From: Selaginella moellendorffii
Lineage: Eukaryota; Plantae; Lycopodiophyta
Length of the DNA: 64,000 nt
Direction of reading: 5' to 3'
Assembly (NCBI RefSeq): GCF_000143415.4
Contig: NW_003314362.1
Span: 470,657 to 534,656 of the forward strand
The notes beneath the pieces were generated by a model that had not been told where the DNA came from, searched no databases, and was given only the letters and a program-made list of their open reading frames with translations. Both the position numbers and the translations under genes were made by a program. Positions 39,828 to 52,568 of the stretch are shown piece after piece (the stretch's first letter is position 1; every line of letters begins with the position of its first letter).

Positions 39828-39911
39828 AGCTATTCTAGAACCCTAAGGCTTAAAAAGATTTTCATTTCTATACAGTGTGCTTATTAGACAGGGTTCTATC
39901 GACCAATCCAG

Positions 39912-40249
39912 TCATTTCTTCGCGGAAGATTTCGCTCCTCCCCCGGCTGCATTCGATCCAGCCCCTGCTTCTCCCCCCGCGGCTTTCCGAGCGTTTTTCT
40001 CCTGGAGCGCCTTCGCATCTCTGGAAATCAAAAGAGAAATCCACCCAGTTTCCTCACGAATCGATCGAAATCTCGGGCTACCTCTCTCTCCTCTGCTCCG
40101 GCGTAAGATCATCCTTTGCCTTGCCGCCTTTGGCGGATCTCGCCTGAGCTCTCTCGCGATCTTTCTCTCGCTGATTTCCCCGTGAGAGATTCGCTAAGGA
40201 TCAAGCAAACAGAAGAGAAACACGAAGAAGAATCAAGGATATTGGTCAT
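39912..40249 (-). CDS. SERF: SERF/4F5 small EDRK-rich factor; exons 40249-40243, 40181-40082, 40020-39912
   Basis: The spliced product MTRGNQREKDRERAQARSAKGGKAKDDLTPEQRRERDAKALQEK... matches the 4F5 family signature. Confidence 0.92.
40182..40242 (-). other. U12-type (minor spliceosome) AT-AC intron, 61 nt
   Basis: 5' ATATCCTT, branch-like TCCTTAGC at 40200-40193, and 3' AC. Removing it restores M-T-R-G-N-Q-R. Confidence 0.9.
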
Positions 40250-40421
40250 TGCTCCAAATCCAGCAAGCGCCTTCCGCCCACGCCCTGCCCTAGCTACCTT
40301 TGACCTATCGTTCTTCTAAAATTTTCTCTGGATGAATGTATCTAGATCGTGGCCGTGCGTTTCTAGATTAAAATATTCAGGTCCGTAGGATCTAGGGTTC
40401 TAGAGCTCGTGAGCTCTGGCT

Positions 40422-40957
40422 ATGGAGCGGGAAGTGCCCGACATCTCTAGGTGGGTGATCGTCTACCCTGTTTACATCAATTCGAAGAAGACGCTGGCGG
40501 AGGGCCGACGCATCGCCGCCAATCTTGCGTGCGAGAACCCCACTCTCGGTGAGATCGTCGAATCGTGCCATCTCCTCAAGCTCTCCACTGCCGCCGAGGT
40601 ACTGGGTCTCTCATCTCTCCAGATCTAGCTCTATCTCACGAGAATTCCCCTCTCTTGTGGCAGCCCGAGAAAGCGTATTCTCGGGATTTCATGCAAAGAG
40701 GCCGCGTGAGAGTCCAGCTCTTCCAGAAGAATGCTCCAAAGACTCCAGTGAACCCCGGCATCACTTCCAGTAAGTTCTTCCCATCTTTTCTTCCTAGATC
40801 ACGAGACCTTTGGGCAGGGAAAGCTCTAATGCTCAAGATCGCCGAGCTGGTTCCCACTCGAAGGAGAGACCATCAAAGCCATGCCGCGGCGAGCAGTCAT
40901 TCTGGAGCTTCGGCATCTTCCGGGAGGGGAGGAAAGGGAGGCAGGAAAAAGAAGTGA
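40422..40957 (+). CDS. SRP19: Signal recognition particle 19 kDa protein, 3 exons
   Basis: WVIVYPVYINSKKTLAEGRRI, KAYSRDFMQRGRVRVQL and a basic tail. Confidence 0.95.
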
Positions 40958-41145
40958 TCGATAGTTTCGAATCACGATCGAGCGCCAGGAGGTTTGAGAT
41001 GAAAGTCTTTTCATCCATAAAAGCTCATGTTAAATCATCAACCTTTCAGGAAAATGCCTTGATCAAAACGTTGTCAATCCAATTTCTTTCATTTTGCTCG
41101 TGATACATAGGCTATCTAAAATTTGCCACGGTTGCAATAGGGCTC

Positions 41146-41967
41146 ATGGCTGCTGGTCGCAGTTTCTTTGTCACAGGGTCTCCGGTAAATCACAAAGTTT
41201 TGCTTGAAAATCATATTGATCCTCGGGCTTGGCAGGGAATTGGAAAGACCACTCTTATCGTCAAGGTAGTGGAGAAACTCAGGGCTACGCATCCAAACCT
41301 CAAAGTTCAAGGCTTCTATACCAGTAAGAAAAAAATTCCTTGACACAAAATCAGAGATTTCTCATCTCTTTGTGATTTAGAGGAAGTGAGAAAGGAGGGC
41401 GAGAGAGTTGGATTCGAAGTCATCGCTTTTAATGGAGGACGCAAGGAAATGCTAGCTTCGATCAATTCTCCAGGGTATCTTGAGAACTTGTTCGTGTAAA
41501 AATCTGATTTTTACAATGTAGCCGGCTTCCTATGGTGGGACGATACAAGGTGAATGTTCCTGGCTTTGAAGCTCTCGCATTGCCCGAGCTAGAGGTAAAT
41601 ATATGCTGCGGTAGAACTTCACAGTTTGTCATGCTTTTGCGTTTCGCAGCCACTGGAAGACACCCAGCTTTTTGTGATCGACGAAGTTGGCAAGATGGAG
41701 CTCTTCAGCCCAAAGTTTTTTCCTGCCGTGGAAGCATTGCTACAGCGTCGTAATGCTGTGATCTTAGGCTCGGTTCCTATCAAACATTCATCCAAAGAAG
41801 GTATTGCTAAGTTTCGTAAAGAATGGGAAATGCATGACTGTTTCTTACATCTTGCAGTGGAGAAGGTCGTGAGCTTTCCGGGGGTAGCAGTTCTCACACT
41901 TGACAAGAACAACCGGGATGAAGTTGCTGACAAAATATACAAGGACTTGAGTGTTTTGCTTGGATGA
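41146..41967 (+). CDS. NTPCR: NTPCR/THEP1-like nucleoside triphosphatase, multi-exon
   Basis: FVTGSP|GIGKTTL, VQGFYT|EEVR...RVGF, VGRYKV and FVIDEVGKMELFS. Confidence 0.9.
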
Positions 41968-42093
41968 AACTTCGTTTCATTTCGTAACCAGAGTTTGCTG
42001 TTAGATTACTTTGATCCTAGCTGCAAAGTCATGTCCATAGCGCTACAAATCGGTTAAAGCTAAGGATAACATCAAACCTTGTTGAGTGGTTTC

Positions 42094-43928
42094 TCACTCG
42101 CAATCAAATTGATCAGCTCCGGTTTCCACATCCTCCGTTTTAAGATCGCCATTTTGAGCCATGAGAATTCGGTAGATTCGTCTCGAGCATGCTGGACCGA
42201 CACGCCTTCGGCTGTCAGCTCCCTCCTTCTCCAGGTCTTGGAGCAAAAGTTCCTTGTCATGCACCTGGCCAAAGCGTTAAAAACTCAAAAAAGCTAGAAC
42301 TCAACTGTCATTGAAGGATCCATGTAGGCGTTCAAGAGCGAACGAAACGAAGGATAGCGTTTGGATATCGCAATTGCAGCCGCTCCGGAAACCTTTGGAA
42401 TCGCAACCAGAGTTTTCAGCCTGCAACCAAAGATAGGTCCAAACTTGAAAGATTCTCATTCCCCATACCAGCTGCTCTTCTTGATCACTTCCTTGTTGGG
42501 ATCCTTGTCCACGATATGATCTCCATTCTTGCTCACAGAAAGAGACGTGAGTCTTTGCCTGCGTCCCAAGAAACAAGTCGTGGTTACGTCAAGAGCGAAA
42601 GAATTCGTGGCTCATCACTTGTAAGGACATTCTATCAAGCTCCGCGTGAGAGCGATGACATGATCCGCCACTTCAGCTTCATCGATACACAGGCGAGAAT
42701 GTACTCCACAGTAGTTTGTCACGAGCTCCGCCAGCGCCTGGAAACAAACTAATGAAAACCAACAAGAGAACATCAATAGAAATCAGGCACCTTGTCTGCG
42801 TTTGGCCGGATCCATTCACTTTCTCCGCGTTTAAACTGCTCTTGATCTCTGTGCGTGCAAACTATAGAACCTGCGAAAGAGGAGACATGAAAACTTACTT
42901 CTTCTGCAAGTACCAGTGGAGCTTGTTGACGAGATAACACACGGTAAATCCCGGATACTGTGCCTGGACTCGACGAACATGTACATCCAGCGAGCCTTGG
43001 CAAAGCAGTGATGAGAATTCTTCCGCTCCAAACACGAGAAGGACGTAAGGCACGTCGACTTCCTCGAGCTGCAAGGCAAGAGCAGTCCAGCACAAGACAC
43101 ATTGTTATTGATCACCTCTATCTCGTCATTTTCCGTGTCAAAACTCTCTGCTAGCCTCTTTGTTTTCCAGATGATACTCCCCGATATTGGATTCGAGCTG
43201 AGCGAGAACTTCAGCTCTTTACCAGCGAAAAGATTCAGCAACTGGCCTGTGCGATCGAAACAGTAAGCAATTAGACCATAGAAAAAACTAGAACAGCACT
43301 TGCCTCCAATCAGTCCATTCTCTGCGACCTTGCAATCGATTATCGCAACAGTGTTCTCAGCCGAGAACGTGCCTTTCTCCCATTTCGCCTTTTGCTGCTC
43401 ATGCGTTCGTACTTGCGCTGCTTTCTCCTTAGCTCGTGCCTTCTGCAATCTTTCGGCCTAGGCAGCAAAACAAGCAAATGAAACTTCGCGAAGAAGAAGC
43501 GAGAGAGATCATACCTCTTTTTTTTTCCGCTTTTCCTCCTTCAGCCTTTGCTTCTCAGCTTCCTTTGCCTGCTTCCTCGCAGCTCGTTCCTCCTTTCGAG
43601 CTTCTTTCTCTTGCTCCAGCTTTCTTCTTTTGATTTCTCGAGGATCATCCACGGAGCTGGTCTGCGTGCCTAGAACAACAGCAATGGGGGCCGATCCATC
43701 CGAGTCCGAATCCAAGCACAACACATTGCTCACGCTGGCTCCTCCAGAAAAAAGACCACAAGAACTTTTCAATGTTCTAGTGGCGGTGGTGGCGGTGGTG
43801 GTAGCAATGGCAATGCTGGCAGAGGCACTCGCAAGGATGGAAGAAGACGATGCTTTCCAGTCTACAAGCAAATCCCCATCTTCGTCGTCGCCGTCTTCGT
43901 CTATTATCACCTGAGCTGGCCGAGCCAT
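42094..43928 (-). CDS. EME1: Crossover junction endonuclease EME1 (ERCC4 domain), multi-exon
   Basis: Acidic/Ser-rich N-terminus, K/E coiled coil, KWEKGTF, VPYVLLVF, IPKVSGAAAIAISKRYPS and RRVGPACSRRIYRIL. Confidence 0.88.
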
Positions 43929-45849
43929 CCAATCCAACTAAAGTAAGATTTTCCCTGCTAGAGCGCTTCTACCACCGGGGAAGCTTGTCGATCATCTTTT
44001 CACGGCACCAAAATGCTGGAACTTCAATCCCGCTGGAGCCACGCTCGCTAGCTCCTAAACAACCGATCGCTTGCCTGACAAGATCCCCAGAAATGTAGCT
44101 CCTCCTCGTCAAGAACCCTAATCTTCGGGTGTAAAGAATATACCTAGCATATTCAGGTATCATTTAAGATATTCCCTAAAGTAAATCACTGTTTAACATT
44201 AATTTTATTACTTAGACCTTACACTTTAACGCTTCTAGAGTATAAAGAGTACTTTAGTTCCATGTAACACGTTCATGTTTTTTTCAGGTTCAGGTTTGTC
44301 CATCAATTGGATTTGTATTAAAGAGAAAAAAAACTTCATATTACTCACTGATGGTTGATTTGGCCAAAAAGGCCATATCGTTCATGCTCCAGGTTGTGCT
44401 GGAAAAAAAGAAATTCAATTTGAAATTAATAGAGCACACTTGGCATTATATGCCTAATTTCTCCTAGTAGCATCCTAAGACTGACAAATGGCCTGGTTAA
44501 GAAAGTGAATTAGACACTCAGAAGGCATGGAGTGATCAGCATCAAACCCATAACAGGAAGCAAGACAAACTCCCACCCAAATAACGTGCTAGACTGAGAG
44601 ATGCTAGTGGACTTCTGTGGCAGTGAAACATAAGCAAGTTGCAATTAGAATTAGTATTACATACTTCACAATCACAAGGTATCCGGAGGGAAAAACATGG
44701 TTAGAGTATTTAGACTAAGTGTTATTAACATTGTCTACACAATCATTAGAGTTTTTGGTAAGAGCACAAAAGTATCAAGAACGGACTTACAATGCATAAC
44801 ACTCATCAAGTAGGTGATCTAGTGTTGGTGAAGTTTCTTTGCCTTAGAGATCAATATCATAGTTTATTGCTTTGGTATATTGGATTATATTGAGCAGAGA
44901 CTCAATTGGTTTATAGATTTATTGATTGATTTGAGTGGATGGAAAATGTGATTTGCAACACATAGATATGTCTCTCAAATCCAACCATTCCATAAATAAT
45001 GATATTTGTAGTGTTAGTATATGTTTATACCATGGTAGATAAAAATTTCAATAAGCTCATGTTTAGCTCTTCTATATGTTTAAGTGAAAACCTAAGTATA
45101 TCATTCATAACATACTTAAAAATATAAGTAAGTATTGGTTAAAAAACCAACTTATGCTAGTTTGTATAATGTATTTAGTGGTGTCAAGGTATTATTTGAT
45201 ATTAATTTATTTAAAGAGCCATATTCTAAAAATTATATATATATATATATCACCTGTATAACGCCTTTATAAATATTTACAAAAGAATATGATTTTTTCT
45301 CTCATTTGCAAGAAAGACTGTAAACTAAGCTTGCCATTTTGGTTCACTTTGATAAGCAATTCTAAAAAAGTATATTATCGATTCTTTTAGTTATGCAATA
45401 CAATTTTAATATATGCTTTAAGTGTTAGCTTTGATAATAAACTTTGCATGGTTTCTTATAATTGATCTTGCTCCTTTACATGCTTGCATGGATGCAAGAA
45501 GTTGTGGGCTTGAAGTAATTGCAAAGGAATTCTGTTTAATTCCAATGAGAGATCTTATAATGGCATGCTTTTGAAGTCCTTGGAATAGAGTGATATATAT
45601 ATTTTTGTGTTGAATATATAGCAAGCAATATGTGATTGTAAATTTTGGGGGGAGGTGTATCTGGGTGTGTGGCATGGCAAAAAATTATAATGTATTGCAA
45701 GATATATAAATTTAAAACATATATATGCTTCAATTGTTTAAACATATATGTGACTCATAATATAATGTTTGGACACAATTCTTTTTTCAAGGTATGTATA
45801 TATTGGCATGCATGTGACATTAGTGCCACTTCATGTGCCATAATCCATG

Positions 45850-48400
45850 TCAGGCTATTTTGCCATGGTTTAAGCTTTGGTGTCTGAGGAGTTCAATCTC
45901 ACCTTAATTTTACTCATGGAGAAAATTGATCCTTGCACATTTCTGGGTGGGCAGCTCAAGAAGTTTAACCTCTCTACAAATTTCTTCTGAAGTCTTGAAT
46001 AGCTGTTGTGCATTGTGTTGTGTATTAAGCAAGATCACCATTTGGAGGAGCTTATCCTTGGCAGAAACATCTCCAACCATATCCCTCCATCAATCAATTG
46101 AACTCCTTAACACCTCCTCTTGATATGGCACTACTGCACCACTATCCATCACATGCTCAAAATCCAGGCTCAATGAGATAGATAAAAAAGATTAGAAGAA
46201 TTAGAAGGTCTCCATCAATCTTCTCCTTAGTAGGCAATGGCATCATACCAAAAGGATCTCAAGTGATAGCAACTTAGGTTAATCAAGAGACACTCTTTCT
46301 CACCAATTGAAGTTAAAATCCATAAGAATCTCTCATAGATCATATGATTCCATTGTGGAGGGATAGCCATGTTGTCATGGATGGCATCTCTATGAGTGAT
46401 TTTATAACAATCATGCAATGGAGGCCATGAAGTTCACATGTTATAAATGTGATTGTGGGTATCGAAAATTATATGTCAGTAAATTTTTTCAGATATTCTT
46501 TCCTTACTGCCATGATGATAAAAGATTGATATTGTTTGTCCCCTTTTCAACCTCTTTTGTTAAATGTTAGTAAATTAAGTTTAGTATCTATACTTAGCCA
46601 AATAAATATAAAGTAGAAACTCCTATATATTTGCTGTTGAGCATACTTGGCTTGACTCTTAATTTTCTTTTGGTCCATCTTGCACTAACTTGACAAAACC
46701 CTTGCCTATTGAGACTAATCTTTTAATATTGCTACATAATAACTTATCATGTTCGCCAAACACCCTCATTATCATGTCCCATATATTAATCCTGTTCTTT
46801 TCCAATTACTATTTATGGAAAGTTTCTAGATTAGTGAGTAAGGCATATTTATGGAATGTAGAAATTGTCTTAAACACGATAGTGTTGTTTTTATGTCTAA
46901 ATTCCTAATCTAGCATCATTCTATATTTAGTAAATTTTTATGATTGTCCTAAAGATTAACTCTAGGACTGGGGTGAAAGCTAAAAGTGTTCCTCAAAGCG
47001 TCAAAATGTATAGTATGGATAAAAGGTAGATCAAGTATGGTTGACCAACCTAAGGCATAGTACTACTTATGTATTTGTATTTATTTTGTGTCCAAATTAG
47101 GTTTAAGCTTAAACTTCATACCATACTAGCAAGTGGATTACTTATATCCTTACATTAAGCCACTGGTATACTAACATTGTGCCAAATTCCATTTGGCTCT
47201 ATTTTTCATGCTAGTCCTAGCATTACGATGCTAGATGCTTTAAAATTGTTCTAATATCACTCTGTGCTTTTGCTCATTCATTCATTGGGTTATACGCTTA
47301 GAAGTCGTTCTAAGCTCCTACTCTTTCGCCCTTTGGGTTGTACACTCATAAATTATATTGTACTCCACTTCTTTTGCTCTTTGGCTTTATGGTTAAGAGT
47401 TTGGCTCCATCCTTTCATTTAGAGGTCCAAAGCTCTAAACTTTGGGTTTTGTTTTGCTGCCCTTAGATATATGGCCAAGGCTAGGTTTCATTCCATCTAT
47501 AGTAAATCACTATAGGGTAAAGGGTGAAAGACATATGTATTACATCATATCATGCAATGGAAATCAATCTTTGATGCAATTAACAAATACACTTTATTTG
47601 TTTTATTTGCAAATAAAATGTTGAGTGAGAGAAAAAAAAACTGCCATTTACCTTGCTCTAGATAGTGCATACAGTCTCTCGTTAGATGTATGGATCTCCA
47701 CAAACATATAGTGAAAGCTTTGTGTCTTGTGCTTTCCACTTGTAGCTCGTAAAAAATGATCTCTGTTCCACACTTTTTGCACTCAACAAACCTTGACAAA
47801 CCATTTAGTGCATTTTTAAAAGAAAAGGAAATGAAGCCACATGGTCAATCTTCCCATATTGGACAATTGCCTTCTTGCTGGCAGTACCAAACTATCCATA
47901 TGAGTAGAATTGATAAAATCTTCACCAGCTGTCTCATGCTTCTTCATGGAGAAATGCTTAAGCTTTGGCAGTCCTAAGTCTCACAAGAGCTGGCAAGCCA
48001 TGCAGTTTGACTGGTTGGTGCCTCCAGACAAAGGTCTCTCTTTTGTTGCTACATATTTACAAGTGCAGTAAGCAATTGAGATAAACAGAAACCAACAATT
48101 GCATGAGACTCAGTGACAGTCCTGGAAAAGAAATCATCCTTGGAGTCTAGAGCAGTGGCTGGAAGTTTGGATGCTCTCAAATGAAACGGATTGTGCCATC
48201 TGACAACCCCCAAGTTAAGAGGCTTGAGATTGATCCCAAAGTTCTCAATAACTTCTTCAACTTCCAGATAACTTATCAAGTGGTTGACCTCTAACATGCT
48301 CCCATCTTTCCTACTGTCACATTTGCTCAAGCTATAGTCCAAGCTCTCTTCATAGTAAACTCTATGGGAACCACCACCTCCTTTGGAATTCTGATGACTT
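45850..48400 (-). pseudogene. Decayed coding remnant split by a solo LTR; possibly a cysteine-cluster DNA transposase
   Basis: Minus-strand ORF pieces lie on both sides of the LTR (VECKKCG..., YERFLWIL...FWYDAIA). The family is uncertain. Confidence 0.3.
46439..47544 (+). mobile_element. Solo LTR (same family) with imperfect 5-bp TSD TCACA/TCATA
   Basis: TGT...ACA ends, reverse-complement similarity to 2595-3318, and no PBS or PPT in the flanks. Confidence 0.85.
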
Positions 48401-49281
48401 GAGTTCTAGTCCAAGCTCTCATCCTGGTAGTGATTGGTGGTAATAACTATCATGCTTTCAATAGTGTCTCACTGACAAAGATCTTACTCAGTCGCCATCT
48501 AAGGAAAGATCTTTCAATGCACTAGACACAATGCTCTCAATGTATTCTTAGTGACATCACTTTGTATGGGATGACATGCTTGTCATGCCCCATACATACA
48601 TGGCATGTAAATATTATACAGACAATCAAGTTTTCAATTGCTATTATAGCAATCAAAAAGTGATTGTGTGCATAATATTTTTGCAACTCAAAACAAAATA
48701 AAATAAATCATACTCACATATGCAATCACATAATCATTGTCATATGAATAATCTTTGATAGAATTAGTCATAATATTTTTATAGTGAGCTTGAGCTATTT
48801 GACAACATGCAAGTCATACTTGTTACTTTCTCTTTAAGTTGTTTTTAGTGTTTCAATAATCATGTTAAGAATATGTAACCCAAGAAGAAAACGTTACTAT
48901 ATAGTATAGGAAAGTGCTTTCGATTGCATGTCTTGAATGAGAGTGACCAATCCCTGGAAATGCCCTAAATCAAACCATTGGTTCCCAATTTGAGCTTCAC
49001 ATTCACAGGCTTTTACTATGTTGATCATGGCTTGCTTAAATATAAAACTTATGTAGAAAAGGAACAAGAAGAAAGAAGAGAAAATTGACCACTCATGGAA
49101 TGTTGGAGTTGCCTTTGAAAATTCGTCGCCATGATCAAGACGTGATAATCGTGTGCCACAGTAAGTCAAAGAAGTCGAGTTCTTTTTGAACAATCTTTGA
49201 CTATAAATTGGCAGCTTTGTCGCCAAAGAATTTCACACGTCCACTTCATATAGTTAGTAATTGTCCAATCTGAAGGCTCAG

Positions 49282-50709
49282 ATGGAAATAGCTCCAGAAA
49301 ACGAGAGCAAACTTCCTATAGTTCGTGTGGAGAAAGTGTTGCTAGTCAAATCCAAATCCAAATCCATCGTGAGGGACGATGCTATTTCACCAAGGATCAT
49401 GTTTCTCAGCAGCATCGACCAGCGATTTGGAGCTTACCAGCGCAATCTCCTTGTTTTCTCGGCCCCCGAAAATCCCGAGGTGGTCTCTTCCGGGATCAAG
49501 CACGCCATGGAAGAACTTCTCGTGAGCCATGATTTCTTCTCCGGGAGGTTTCAGCGAAACCATCTCACACAAAAGCTTGAGATCCGCTGCGATGACTCTG
49601 GGGCGATCCTGGCTAGTGCTAGAGCTGATCTCCGCCTCGAAGGCTTGCTCGCTACCATGGATTCCATCTCCCATCTTTTCTTTTGCTTCCCAGTGGACGC
49701 TCGATCGATCGAAGAGCTCCCAATGCTCACGATCCAGGTAAAGAACGTCATCGATCGCTTTGTTCTTCTTTATACGTTTTGGATGTAGGTGACTGGATTG
49801 AGCGGCGACACTGGATTTGCTATCGGTGTGCTGTGCCATCACGCCATCACCGACGCTACCTCGGGGATCAGTTTTCTCTCCAATCTGGCATCCATTGCTC
49901 GCGGCGCTGGTCTCCTCTTCCATCCCAACTCCGATCGCAGCGTCTTCAAGGCCAGGCATCCTCCCCAACCCAGCTTCCCCCACCATGAATTCATCCATCA
50001 CCCAAATCTGGATTCCAGCCGCTATGCGATCACGCTGGAATCCGCCATTTGCGTCGGCGAGCGATCCAAGAGAGCGTCAGGAGAGATCAAGCGACGCAAG
50101 GCCTTTCATTTCTCATTTGAAACACTAACCCATCTCAAGAACAGCGTGCTTGCAAGTGTACCGCGCGGTTGCACCACGTTTGAAGCGCTGGCGGCGTACG
50201 TCTGGCGGTATGCCGCGCGGTACTCCAAGAAGGTGCCTGAGGAGACCTCGCGGCTTCGATTCGTACTGGACATCCGCCGCACGGTACAGCCGCCGCTAGA
50301 CGCGACGTTCGTGGGGAACGCGATCTACTGGGCTCACGCGGAGATGACGCAGCGCGATTTGGTGGGCGAGCCGCTCGGGGCGGCGGTGATCGAGATCCAG
50401 CGCGCGCGCGCGCAGATCACCGACGAGTACCTGCGATCCGGGTGGGATTTCCTGGAAGAGAATCGCGATTTCTGGTACTCGTCGGGGAATTGCGACGTGG
50501 GGATCAACGCTTGGCCGCGCGCGATGCTGGGCGCGCGGGAGCTGGATTTCGGGTGGGGCAAGCCGTGCCGCGCGGTGTTCCCGCTCGATCCAGAGACGAG
50601 CACCGTCATGTTTGTGCCCGTGGATGGCGGCATCGATGTCTCGCTGTGCCTCTTTCCACATCAGTTGGAACAGTATAGCGATTTCGTGCCTACATTCGCG
50701 AAGCAATGA
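49282..50709 (+). CDS. BAHD acyltransferase; intron 49738-49788
   Basis: HHAITD (HxxxD), DFGWG, FSGRF, and an intron at the conserved Q|VT position. Confidence 0.93.
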
Positions 50710-50740
50710 TAGCGATTTCGTGCTCACATTCGCGAAGCAA
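50675..50740 (+). repeat. ~32-bp tandem duplication spanning the BAHD stop codon
   Basis: ATAGCGATTTCGTGC(CT/TC)ACATTCGCGAAGCAA occurs twice. Confidence 0.85.
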
Positions 50741-51149
50741 CCAAGATCTTGGTTGGCGCCCACCATTCCCTATGTTGTCTTGTCACGAACTTTCCTTCCA
50801 TAGAAGTTCTTGCAAGTAAGGTCTTTCCTGGTCCTCAAAGAACGCGGAATCTGCTATGCTGCCAGTGCTTGACACTGAATCCTCCACTGATCGAGAGTTA
50901 TCCTTGTGCGACTGAGAATTTCGCCCACAGACGTTTTAGTGGTCGTCAAATGTACCATTGTCGATTATAGCTTCATTCACAAACTAATTAGTTAACTAAT
51001 TAAACTAATTAGGCGTGGCGCTGTAAAGATTGTCAGGCAGGAGAGCAACTTCTTTTGCCAAATGATTAATGACTATGGAGTATATTAGGCCAAACAAAGG
51101 TTTAGGATTTATTTTAAAAAGGTGTTTGTGCCTGATTCCAAGAGCAAGG

Positions 51150-51800
51150 ATGGCAACCAAGCTTCAGCTCCTCCTTTAGTATTTCTATGCATCATTCTCA
51201 AACTTCCTTTTTAACATGTCGTTCTTTGTCATTGTACCCACGGCCACATCATGTAAGTGATTTCATTTCCATATAAACTCAAATGCTGAAGTCAATCAAA
51301 TGCCAAACATTTGGGTGGAGGACCTCTTTTCAGCGGATTGACTGTGGGAGTGGTAACTCTCATCTCATCTATGGTGATTCCACTCTCCAACCTGCCAAAA
51401 TTTAAGAGAAAGTATGGCCCAACTCTAGACTTGTCATTGGTTTCCCTGCTTCTTGGCCATATCATCTTGCAGACCGGACCAAAGTTCTCTACCTCATTCT
51501 GGTGGGGCGTATGGTAAATGGGATTGGTTTTACCGGGTGGTTCTTTGTGAAAAGGTATTATACAGATCCCTGTATTGTTGGTATTGAAAGGCAGACAATG
51601 TGCACAAGCTTGCTCATTCTCACCCAGACCCTGGGAATGGTTACAATCTTTGGAGGAGTTCTTGCAGAGATTCCTGTGGAAACATTGTTGTTCAACAAAA
51701 ACACATCACCTGGCTGGTTCATGGCGGTGGTGTGGAGTGTCTTTTGGTTTGCTAGCAAAACTTTTGTTTAAAGACATGCTCTAGGTTTGCTTTCTCTGTT
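51150..51800 (+). pseudogene. Major facilitator superfamily transporter fragment
   Basis: FNMSFFVIVPTA, GGGPLFSGL, GRMVNGIGF, KRYYTDPCIVGI and FNKNTSPGWFMAVVW, with stops and frameshifts. Confidence 0.7.
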
Positions 51801-52568
51801 TAGTTGATAGTTTTTGATTGCTATTATTTCTCCAGCTTGATCAACACCATAACAATCACTCAATGGTCTACATGGTTTGCTAGTTCTTAACTTTGTTTTA
51901 TATGTCTTTCCAGCCTAATCATCTAGAGAACCTTGCCCTAGTTCATCCAGTATTTACTTCCAAACTTGTTTTTATAATAAGAGGTCTTTTATTATTTTTT
52001 CCATATTAATTAATATAAACTTGAGTTTATCTTCTATTACTCGGCTTGGTGCCACACTTTGCCATTTACATTTGCATCATGTGGCAAAGCTAGTTTTTAT
52101 TCTTTATAGCAACAGCCATACACACGCATGTGCATGAGATGAGGCAAACCTAATTGTGCATATAGGTGATCTCAAGTTTGAGTGTAATCATTGCGGGTGG
52201 TGATAAGTTAAGCTTTTGTCCTCATCCTTAGTATGGACTAATTGCAGCATAATTATGCCAAGTGTGATTTTAAGGTTTTTTTTTGTCTCATACTTCTTAA
52301 TATTTCTTCCATTTCTCTCACTTTTGTTCTTCTTTGTTCCTTTACTTTTACCTCTACTTCTATCATTTTCGTTTCCCCATTACTTCTTTTTATGTTTTTG
52401 TTTTGTTCCTCTATTCCTTCTTTAGATCCCTTTGATAATTTTTGTGTTGTAGCGGTTAATTGGCTCATGAAAGAGTATATCAATTTCTTTGAATTTAATT
52501 TATTGTGTAGGGCTAAGATTGCAACATATCATCCTATTCCAACTAGGGATACTCGTTCAATCAAAGTT

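Noticed and set aside
34483-43928. Operon-like functional cluster
   Set aside because: The genes are unrelated housekeeping functions on mixed strands; genome compaction explains the proximity.
50980-51012. AACTAATTAGTT palindromic repeats
   Set aside because: Low-complexity sequence; no supportable function.
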